Positions 47,101 through 59,100 of a stretch of 64,000 nt of DNA are shown here, in pieces (positions within the stretch are counted from its first letter, which is position 1; each line of letters starts with the position of its first letter). Both the position numbers and the translations under genes were made by a program. The stretch covers positions 22,010,001 through 22,074,000 of the forward strand of contig NC_091989.1 of assembly GCF_044704955.1 (NCBI RefSeq), given 5' to 3'. The notes below the pieces were generated by a model. That model was not told the DNA's origin. It saw only the letters and a list, made by a program, of their open reading frames with translations, and did no database searches. This DNA is from Pristiophorus japonicus (taxonomy: Eukaryota).

Positions 47101-50100
47101 TGGAAAAGGACTGTGAGCAATCTGGAGATACTTAATTGGACGAAAGCTAGTTTCAGTAGGTTGAGAATGGATATGGCCTGGGTAAATTGGAATCCAAGAT
47201 TAGCAGGCAAAACTGTAATCAAACAATGGACTGCCTCTAAAGAGGAGATGGTTCAGCTACAGTCGAGGTACATTCGCACGAGTTGGAAAGGTAGGGCAAC
47301 CAAAGTCAGAGCTTCCTGGATGCCGAAAGAAATAGAGAGTAAGATAAAGCAGAAAAAAGGGGTGTATGACAGATGTCGGGTTGAGAATACAAGTGGGAAT
47401 CAGGGAAAGTTCAGAGGGAAAGTGAAAAAGGAAATAAGAGGGGCAGAGTGAAAGTATGAGAGCAGATTGACAGCTAGCATAAAAGGAAATCCAAAAGTCA
47501 TTTATAGGCATATAAATAATAAATGGGTAGTAAGAGGAGGGGTGGAACCAAAATTGAGACCTATACATGGAGACAGAGGGCATGGCTGACTAAATGAGTA
47601 CTTTGCATCTGTCTTCATCAAGAAAGAAGATGCTGCCAAAGTCATCGTGAAAGAGGAGGTAGTGGAGCTACTGGATGGGATAAAAATTGATAGAGGAGCT
47701 ACTAGAAAGGCTGGCTGTACTTACAGTCCTGGTGACTTATCTACTTTATGGGATGCATCCTAGGATGCTGAGAGAAGGAAATGGCGGAGGTACTGGCCAT
47801 AATCTTCCAATCCTGAGATACAGGAGTGGTGCCAGAGGAGTTACACCCTTATTCAAAGGTGTAAGAATAAACCCAGCAACTAGAGACCAGTCAGTTTAAC
47901 CTCGGTAGTGTGGAAGCTTTTAAAAACGATATTCAGGAACAAAATGAACAGTCACTTGGATAGGTGTGGATTAATTAAGGAAAACCAGCATGGATTTGTT
48001 AACGCCAAATGGTGTTTAACTAACTTGATCAAGTTTTTTGATGAGGTAACAGAGAAGGTTGATGAGGACAATGTGGTTGATGTGGTGTACATGGACTTCC
48101 AAAAGGCGTTTGATAAAGTACTACATAATAGGCTTGCCAGCAAAGTTGAAGCCCATGGAACAAAAGGGACAGTAGCAGCATGGATAAGAAATTGGTTAAG
48201 TGATAGGAAATAGAAAGTAGTGGGGAAAGGTTTTTTTCGGACTCTAGGGAAGTATACAGTGGTGTTCCCCAGGGGTCCGTACTGGAACCACTGCTTTTCT
48301 TGATATATATTAATGATTTGGACTTGCCTATTTCAAAATTTCCAGATTACTCAAAATGTGGAAGTATAGTGAACAGTGAGGAGGATAGTATTAGACTTCA
48401 ACAAGACATAAATTGGCTGATGAAATGGACGGACACGTGGCAGATGAAATTTAACACAGAAAAATGCGAAGTGATATATTTTGGTAGGAAGAGCAAGGAG
48501 AGGCAATATAAACTAAAGGGTACAGTTCTAAAGGGGGTGGATGAATGGCAGACACGAGACTCCCAAAGTAAGTGTTCTACACGGAACTCCTTCATGGCAA
48601 ACGAGCCAACGGTGGACAGAGGAAACATTACAAGGACACCCTCAAAGCCTCCTTGATAAAGTGCGGCATCCCCAACGACACTTGGGAGTCCCTGGCCAAG
48701 ACCGCCCTGAGTGGAGGAAGTGCATCCGTGAGGGCGCTGAGCACCTCGAATCTCATCGGCGAGTGCATGCAGAAAACAAGCGAAAGCAGCGGAAGGAACG
48801 CGCGGCAAAGCTGTCCCACCCTCCCTTACCCTCACCGACTGTCTGTCCCACCTGTGGCAGGAACTGTGGCTCTCATATTGGACTGTTCAGCCATTAAGGA
48901 CTCATTCTAAGAGTGGAAGCAAGTCTTCCTCAATTCCAAGGGACTGCCTATGATGATGAGGATGAATGGAGAGACTTAAGAGTATATGTGCACAAATGGC
49001 TGAAGGTGGCAAGGCAGGTTGAGAAAGCGATTATAAAAGCATACAGGATCCTGGGCTTCATAAATATAGGCATAGAGTACAAAAGCAAGGCAGTTATGAT
49101 GAATCTTTATAAAACACTTGTTCGACCTCAATGCTGGGCACCGCACTTTAAGAAAGATACCTTCGAGAGGGTGCAGAAAAGATTTACGAGATTGGTTGCA
49201 GGGATGAGGGACTTCAGTTACATGGATAGACTAGAGAAGCTGGGGTGGTTTTCCTTGGAGCAGAGAAGGTTGAAAGGAGATTTGATAGAGGTGTTCAAAA
49301 TCACGATGGGTCTAGACAGAGTAGATAGAGAGAAACTTTTCCCATTGGCGGAAGAGTCGAGAACCAGAGGACACAGATTTAAGGTGATTGGCAGAAGAAC
49401 CAAAGGCGACATGAGGAAAAACCTTTTGATGCAGCGAGTGGCTAAGATTGGGAATGCACTGCCTGAAGAGAGTGGTGGGGGAAGACTCAGTCATGGCTTT
49501 CAAAAGGAAATTTGATAAGTACCTGAAGGAAAAAAATTAGCAGGGCAGTGGAGTAGGACTAGCTGAAGTGCTCTTGCAGAGAGCCGGCATGGGCTCGATG
49601 GGCCAAATGGCTGCCTCCTGTGCTGTAACCATTCTATGATTCTGTCATAGGAGCCTTGCAAGGTTAGGGGGAATCTTTGAATATGGACTTGAATAAAAGG
49701 GAATTCATATTTATGCAAGGTGAACATTGTTTAGGATCCAGCGTTGGTTTATCTTGAAAAAGATGCTTGGCATTAGGTGATGAATTTAAAATCCTTGTCC
49801 TCTTCAAATTGCACCATGGCCTCACTTAGCCCTACTGCTATAATCTTGCACAGACTAGTTTCACTACCAAATCCTATTCTAATTATGGCCTTTTTGTTCA
49901 TCCCACAGTTGGTGGTAGAACTTTTTTGCTGTTTTAGGCCCTACTTTCTGGAATTCTTCCTAAACCCATTCACATTTTTACTTTCTGCTTAAAATTTTTT
50001 TTTCTCAAAACCCATCTTTTTGACGAAGTCAGTAGTCACTCCTCCTCGGCTCAATATTCTGATCCTCTTACTACAACCCTGTAAAGTGCCTTGGGACGTT

Positions 50101-53100
50101 TTGTATGGTAAACGTGGTATATATCATCATCATAGGCAGTCCCTCGAAGCGAGGATGACCTGGTATGACGTATATCTAGTCAACTTGTCATTAACAAGTT
50201 GAAAGACAATTACTTCTCATGCAAAGTTATTATGATCAACTCTCAATTCCAGTTGAATGGATTATCTTGATCTAAGTGTAGAACAACTGTGTATCAAATT
50301 GCATGGCACTATTTTGAAGAAAAGCAGGGGAGTTTTCCCTGGTATCCTGGCTAATCATCATCATTCCTCAATCACATTATTCCTCAATCAACATCATTGA
50401 AATAGATTATCTGGTCATTGTCACATTGCTGTTTGTGGGACCTTGCTGTCTGCAAATTGGCTGCCGCATTTCCTACATTACAACAGTAACTACACTTCAA
50501 AGGTACTTAATTGTCTTTAAACCAATTTGGGGCGTCCTGAGGTCATGAAAGGCGCTATACACGATGTTCTTTCTACTTGTGAAGCATCTCTAGGTGCTAT
50601 ATACATATAAGTTCTTGTCCTCTAAAATTTATTTCCAATGTACAGTAACCATGATTCAGCTGTAGTACGCAATGTCCTACTGAATTACAACAATCTGTTG
50701 GCTGCATTTTAGAAATATACTGTTGTTTTTTAGGCCCTGGACCATTTGCAGCTGTTTTGGATATGTGGGGTGGTGGAGGAGGTCTTGTTGAATATCGTGC
50801 AGCTCTTCTTGCATCCCGAGGATTTGCAACCTTAGCTTTGGCTTACACGAGACATAAGGAAGTCCCACGGTCACATGACACCTTTGACCCAAACCTGTTT
50901 TACTTTGAGGTAAAAGGATATTTTAATGGATTGCAATGTTTCAACTACTTTGGATTTATAAATGTGATAATTAGGAAGTTGGCAGATATTTACTATATCG
51001 GGAAAACATCAGTGCCAGAAGTACTAATGTGCCAAAGAATTATGAAATTTGGATCGACTGTCACATGCATAATTCCAGTGATTAGTCACTACTTAACAGG
51101 AATTACATTTGGAAAACGTGATGTAAAGATGACATCACTTTAGCTGTGATAAATCTTTACATAATTGAAGTTATCCTTCAGCTCTGTTATTTCTTATGGA
51201 TCCTATTTTCTTCTTCTTCAGTATTTTAATTTGTATACTGGCAGATCTCCCATGGTGTGACTCATGGTTAGTTGGAGGTTTTATAAGAACAAGGATGTTA
51301 TGCCAAAATGTATTATCAGGGTTACTGAACTATCAGCACTTGGGGAGCCTAGGGTCTGTCAGTAATGGGATAGTATCCTGATGCTTTGAGAGGAGATTCC
51401 AAGATCTGGGAGTACTGGGATCTGGCAGTATTTGGAGGGCAGGATCTACAAGCCCTGTGATGGAGGAGAGTGCAGGCAGAATAGAACCCGAACTACCTGT
51501 TACCCTGTTTAGTCCATCAGGTCCCCAACCCTCCACTTCAGTCCTGTCTGTCAGCCTCTTATGACCCAACTAGAGCCCCCTTTGTGCCATCAGGGCACCT
51601 CCTGCCCCTCACAGCATTCCCTGTCATTACAGAGGATGAATACTGGTATGGGTCAGACTCTGCTCATACTGCCTGTGTCCATTAGTCTAAATTGCATTGG
51701 AATGTATTATGTTCAAGTACAAAAGAGGAGTTTTCACTTCTGTCTGATAAAGAAGATGGCTACAGTATACTTTACTGGGTGGATGTAGGGTTTTTGGAAA
51801 ATGTAAGTTGTTGACAGTAACAGATCACAGCCATCTTCGGCACTTGCTTGCCCTAGTATGGATCGGATGTGATTACCAAGCCAAGTAACTGTGACTGAAG
51901 GATAAATCTGAATGGGCAGTATCAGATCTCTCTCTCAGCGTAATAACTTGGGCTTCTCAGTGCTGAAGATGACACACTGTTTGCTCATTGTCCAATTCTA
52001 GCCATATGCGTCTGCAGTGATTTGTGTCTGTTTTGGGGGGGGGGGGGGGCGGTGGTGCGGGGAGTTAGCCTTATCATAAAACAGATTATGATTTTTGACG
52101 ACATCTAGCAATTTGGAATTGTTTAATTTGCTATGTTAACAATCTTAGATCATTTTTAAAATCCTACTTCCACCGTAGGTTTACTGATTCTCAAGGACTT
52201 GGAGTTTTGGGTGCTAAATTTCTTCTGTGGTTATGCCTAAACCTGGGGGGGAAAATCTAGCTCCCTGCCATCTGTAATGTATGCATCTGTGTATATGCTC
52301 ACAGATTTGTAGAGCTATTGCATTGTGAGTGGCTTAGCCAGTCATGTGATGTTCACAAGACTCAATAAAACCCCAGTCAGTTGGGTCTAGGTCATCCACA
52401 ATGAGGTATGCAATTGTGAATCTAGTGGATGAACTAGTAATGTGTAGTGTGATTGTTAAACCTTTGTTAATAAACCAACTAGTTCTTAATAGCAATGTGT
52501 TGCTATGAATTCTTAAGCAAAGAACCCATGAAGCAAATACATTACACCGCCCAACACTACTTTTGGTATTTTCTACCGGAAGTAATGCTGGATATACAGT
52601 GTGTCCACCCACATATTGGCTCATGTAGTATAATGGAACACAAATAACGAGATGGTGGGATGGTGTTGTAAGATGTATTTCATGTTATTTGCGACATAAC
52701 AGTTTGGGGGGAGGGCATCGAGGAGGGTGATGGGGGTTAAATAATTAGCCAGTTTGCTTTGCGAGCACTTACATTCAGTAAATTGTCAAATTGAAAAAGT
52801 TTCACTTTTATTTTTAAAAAAGAGCAAGCGAGGCATTGCAACAATTCTACCTCGCGCCCCCAAGGCAGGCACCTGAGTGGTGCTATGAAGGACACAGATA
52901 CCTTCATAGTATATAAATGATTCGGGCCCAGGAATTGGGCCAAAGTCAGGCACAGGCAAGGGGTGGTGAAAGTCATGCCCTGCTGAAGATCCAGCACCAT
53001 TGCAGCAAAAGCAATTCCAGCATTTGGTGTTTACTATTGTCAGGTACATAGGGATATTGCTGTTACATCAAAAAGAGCACTGTAACATTGTATTTACTGA

Positions 53101-56100
53101 TTCGCAGGAGGCCTTCAATGCCCTGAATAACCATCCAAAGGTTGCAAAAGGCAGAGTTGCCCTTTTGGGGCTCTCACTTGGATTCACACTTGCACTCTTG
53201 ATGGCAACAGAGATCCCAAATATTCATGTAAGTTGACCAGCTATGAAACAGACTTGGAGAAGAATACATGAACGTCGGTTATCTTACTACTGTGAGATCG
53301 AAACTGGGTTTACATCTGTTCACTCTCTGTGTATTTTCATTTATAATCCATTGCCTACAGAGCAATTCCTATATATTTTTTTTGAAACATTGGACTGGTC
53401 AACAAAGCTTTTGAAAGAAAAATTACAACGGCATAGGTCAAAATAAGAATTGGTAGCTATAATTTTCCATCAGAGTATTTATTTACTTGTAGCCTTCAAA
53501 CGAGCTCGAGAACCCTTGGCATATCTTGTGTTTTGCAATAGGGATTGATTCAGTAAGTTTTGCCTTTGTGCAGCAGAAATTAAACTTCTGATAGGACAAT
53601 TTCAGAGTAACAGTTTCTCAACTAAACTAGAGCCTTTGCTAATTTTGACCTGGAGTACATTATGGTACAGTTTGCTGTGCTCATATATGGCTGGTATTTT
53701 GGCCTTTGCAATAGATTTATTTGCTGAATGTTGGTCATATTAATCTGTTACTCAGTTTCTTGCCCATAGTTTCATTTTGATCATAAATACAACACTTTTT
53801 GCTTATCTTGATTGTTTATCTACTGCACTTGATGTGCTTTTACCTTAGCCCAAGTGCTTAATCTGCATCAGTGGAAGTCATTATAAACTTATCCAGGAAG
53901 GAAGATTTGCTGAACTATTGTAAGTGAATCTAATTTCCTGGTGTTTTCATGTTATGTATGTCTGCTGTTCTTATGAGCATAGCCAAATACTCTTTCTTTG
54001 GGTTGTAATGATTATAATGGGGAGGGTCAGGGGGAAGTGGTTGTCTTCTGCAAAAAAAATTGAGCAGTGTTGATAAGTCCACAAATACCTTCACTGTTGT
54101 GAAATTGGTAGGGTGCACTCATTTTAAAATCTGGGAGTGTTAATGGATTTAACAATCCTATACGGAAAAATATCTGTGTTACTGTTAGGTTTCATTGTCT
54201 AGTCACTGACTTTTCATTCCTTTTTCTTGCCTCCTCACTCAGTCAAACAGATAAAATTAAGTATGCAGAAGATGGCGCTATGATATGGAGAAATGTTCCC
54301 TTGCCGTTTCCAGATGATCCAAAGTGGATAGTACAGGTAAAAGGTTCTGCTATGTATAGAAATATGGAATATGTTTAGTTCAACAGAAATTGCAGAGCAG
54401 GCTGCAATGAAAAATATTAAATATAAAAGCAAAATACTGCGGATGCTAGAATCTGGAATAAAAACAGAAAATGCTGGAAATCTCAGCAGGTCAGGCAGCA
54501 TCTGTGGAGAGCAAGCAGAGTTAACGTTTCGGGTCGATGACCCTTATTAATATTAATTTGATCCATAATGGAACTTGCACCTGCCTGCCCCAAGCTAATG
54601 AGGTGTCCTCCCACTGACACCGCAAACTGCAATGGGGTCAGTGTTGGAGCACACAGTTGAGTGTAATCCCCGTGTAATTATCAGGATCAGACCTACCCTG
54701 TCTTTTAAGGCCACTCCTGATAAGTGGTTTGAATAGCTTATTTCCACAAACTTGCTGAGAGGAACTATAAGAATTATGGAGTTGTCTTTGTTTTAAGCAG
54801 TTAATCTAGTTTGTAAGTAATGTAGATTTGATTAGTATATTGTGTCTCTTTCTCTTTCTGTGTAAATCTGGACAAATGGTCTCTGGGTGTGGTAAGTGTT
54901 CTGCCGTCTGAGGTCTCGTGTTGGGTATTACAATTTGAACCATCTCCCAACTCATTTTTAACTCCTGTTCACTTTAAAGGAATACTTTTGTAGGCGGTTC
55001 CTGCTCTCTCTCAACCAAAATACACCCTAGTGTTTATACATGGTTGCAATGTACCTGGATGAAAAGTGAACCCATTTTTATCTCTTGTGTCCACTGGAAA
55101 TGGTATGGGTTATTCCTGAATTCCTGGAAAATATGTTAATATGACCTAGGTTGAAAACTACCAATTATTTTTTGTTGAGACAGAAAGAACACAGGATTAA
55201 AATGGATCAATCAGCAAACTAGCTCTAATTTCAAATTGAACTTTGTATGAAACTGGAATTTAATGTTTGAGTGCTCTAATATGTGTTATATAATGAATTT
55301 TTCACCAGTAATTTAAAACCAATAGCCAAGAGGATGGAATTGGGTCAAAAACCCCCACCACCGAATTACCACCCAAAAAACCACTATGATTAGTTAATTA
55401 AGCTCAGCGGAAAATTAATCAAAAAAGGAAAACAATCCGCCCGACAGGAAAAATCGGTGCTCCACGTGGATTCTCGGCAGAAAACGAGATCCTGGTCAAA
55501 TTTAGTAGTATTTAGTCAAAATTTAGTCCGAGGCTACGAGTTGGGAGGGGGGAGAACACAAAAAATCAAAAAACGGAAAATATTCACAGGATCCTTTTCC
55601 AGTGAATCACTGCAAAATAATTTTTTTTAACTTTCACTTGCCTTTTTTGCAGGGTTTCATACCTACCGCTGATCAAAGGGCTGCTCTGGCTGGTTTCTCC
55701 TGGGCAGTTTTTTTTTTCAGCAACTACAGAACACCGCTACCACCAAACACGGCCGTTTTTTTCAGTGTTGCTCCCATAGCGGTATTTTTAAACTGCCGGT
55801 GGAACACTTGGATGAAACTCATCGGGTGGTTTTCCACCAAAAAGTAGGAATACCGCTGAAAAATGCAGCAGAAATGCTGACCAAACTCCAGCCCCTGAAA
55901 CCTTAGCAGTTCTTTGCAGTAATTTTAGAAACTAGAATTACATCTGCTTGATGAAAAACTTTTGTGTGAGAAATTCACTGCACAGAGAGACCTTTATTAG
56001 CCCATGGCCCATATAACAGAACTGATTCTGGTCCCATTCATACTTATTTTCATTGATCTAGGGTAGTACACATAGACAGCTATTATTCATAATTAATCAA

Positions 56101-59100
56101 AGCCAACCCACTGTGAAACATTGAAATCACTGCAAGAAATCAGCTCAGGTTTCAAAATTAACAGGGTAGCCTTTCAGATACCTGACTCAGGTAATTCACA
56201 CATTTTCTAGACAAAGCAGAGCTCAGAGTCTGGTAAGCTGTTCTACATAAATTATTGTTAACAGGGCTTACTTGGGATCTGCTACCATTGTTTAGGGAAA
56301 TACCATCAATGATGTCTCCGCAAGATCCTGCAAATCCCCTGGGAGGACAGACGCACCAACGTTAGCTTCCGCGATCAGGCCAACATCCCCAGCATCAAAG
56401 CACTGACCACACCCGACCAGCTCTGTTGGGCCGGGCACATTGTTTGCATGCCTGACACAAGACTCACAAAGCAAGCGCTCTACTCGGAACTCCTACACGG
56501 CAAGCGAGCCCCAGGTGGGCAGCGGAAATATTTCAAGGACACTCTCAAAGCCTCCTTGATAAAATGCAACATCCCCACTGACACCTGGGAGTCCCTGGCC
56601 AAAGACCGCCCTAAGTGGAAGAAGAGCATTTGGGAGGGCACTGAGCACCTCAAGTTTCGGCGGCGAGAGCATGAAGAAAGCAAGCACAGACAGCGGAAGG
56701 AGCGTGCGACAAACCAGACTCCCCACCCACCCTTTCCTTCAACGACTGTCTGTCCCACCTCTGACAGAGACTGTAATTCCCGTATTAGACTGTTCAGTCA
56801 CCTAAGAGCTCACTTTTGGAGTGGAAGCAAGTCTTCCTCGATTTTGAGGGACTGCCTATGATGATGATTAGGGAAATATGCATCTGCTTAAACAATCAAA
56901 CTGCTTTCCCTTGATCAGCATCAACGGAGATGAGTCATTTGTTTTGGCAACCGCAGGTAGCCTTTGTAGATTGCTTTTGATAATGCTTTCTCAGCATGCA
57001 ATTACTGCAGCCAACTTAAAACTGCTGTAATACAGGTAAACTACAGATTTATAATTTTTAATGTAGAGGTTCTTATGCTCTGAATCAGGACAGCAAGATC
57101 CGTCATAATAAGCATCCTACTATTCGCCAGTGGGCAATATACTGTGATTTGGGGTTAATTGTTAGACCTCGACGATGTTAATCCATATACATGCATATCT
57201 TGCTTAATAAGAGACTTGGACTTAGGGAAACTTGTCGGGCCATAAACACAGGAAAGATGTGTATGGTATGTGGAAGTACAACTGTAATACAGCATCCGCA
57301 TTAAAGTTTTTAAAAAATGCAGTAAAGTGTCTGTTCAAGGTCCCTCGTCCACATGGGTTGCTTGATTTTAAACCTGTAAATTGGCTATCTGTCTATTAAA
57401 TACTGAAATCGAAGGTAGGAATAGTCAGAATTTTTCACTTGTAGTGCTCAATTGTTTGTAACATTTGAAGAAACAAAATTTCTAGTGAATTTTGTCCATT
57501 GGAATTCCAAATTTTAATGGTGTTCGTTGCACAAACTCATGTTAAAAACTCATGCTGCAAAACAAATGTTTGAATTCAAAAGATTCCTTTATAAGGAGAC
57601 AAATGTAGAGAAAGTTCTGAGCAAAGGGAGCTACCAAGGTCTCGCATGGCAAAGTGATATTTGTATATTTCTCTACTTGTTACCTATGCCTGCCAGATTT
57701 TTGAGTGACAGGATTACATACTCGTGAATAAACTGTTGTTAACTCTCCACTGTATAAACTCTTATGTTCGATTGGCAGGTTGATAAAATCAGATGCCCCT
57801 TGATGCTTATTTTTGGGGAGGATGATCAGAATTGGCCTGCGCCTGAATCAGCCATTGAGGTAAGTGCATATTATGCTCCATTTTGTCATGAATCGATTAA
57901 TTTATGTATGAGATTTGAGGTATTGACCAGAAATACTTGAAGATGTAAATTTAGATATTCTTCCATTTCAGATCCAGAAGATGATGAAGGCTGCAGGAAA
58001 TGATCACTTGCTCACAGCAATCTCATACCCTCAAACCGGACATTTAATTGAGCCTCCATATAGCCCACACTTTAGGCAATCCAATTTTAAGATGCAAATC
58101 ACAAACAAAACAGGTGAGCTCGTACCAAAAATAGCATTAACCTTCCGAGTACTGCTGCGCTATTTTATATTCCTACTCATAATTCAAACATTTTTAAGTA
58201 GTCTTGTCCTCACTAGTTAGACCCAAAGATGTTATTCGGTCCTTGGGTGTAATACACAACAAAGTTGTAATAGCTTTCAGATTTCTATTTTCTTCTGTGA
58301 TTGGATACAAATTCAGTTTGAATACACACCAATTTATTACATAATGATTTTTATGCTGTTGCCTTGAAATTCATATGTTTGCACAATGTGTATTTTCCTA
58401 ATTGGCATTTGCATGTGCACGTGGACTAACACAACCTTCAATAGAGGGCTTATCTAAATGAGCAATTGATCATATAAAACTCCTCATTGAGTTATTGTGG
58501 GCACTGGTTTAGACCTGCTCAAAGGATTGTTATGATTTGGGCTTGCTCCCATTCTGTTTTCTTGTGCTCACTGCAAAATATTCCTTTTTTGCTTGACTCC
58601 TGCTGCATGGTGCCACGATGGATTTTCCCTGGGAATTCCCGTATTTGAGGAGCAGTGCCTCTGGGTACTATAACTTCGAACAGCTGCTGTTAGTTATGCC
58701 GAATGCTCCAATTAGACCTGCAGCCCAGATTCACCAGATGCATGGCATCAGTGGTTGTCAAGATCACAACCGGCCTGAACACGTCCCCATAAGGATCCCA
58801 AATGTTTAACAACAACAAATACTGTCTTTAGATTTATTAAATGAGTGACTTGATGCCTTGTTTCCTTGAACAAAAAATTTCTGCCTAAATTTGTATCCTG
58901 CTTAGCGTTCCCCCGCCCCCTCCATTTTGCGGTGAATGGTCGAGGAAAATTCTTGTTTTTCCACAGCGAGGCTTTGTGCCACTTCCCTGCTAGTTTAAAA
59001 CTCCAATGCTATTTTGTCCTTGCACCCTCCCCAGCAGTGTGGGCATTATACAGTGTCCACTGCAGATTTGATTAACACAAATCCCCGAGGTGTAACACTG

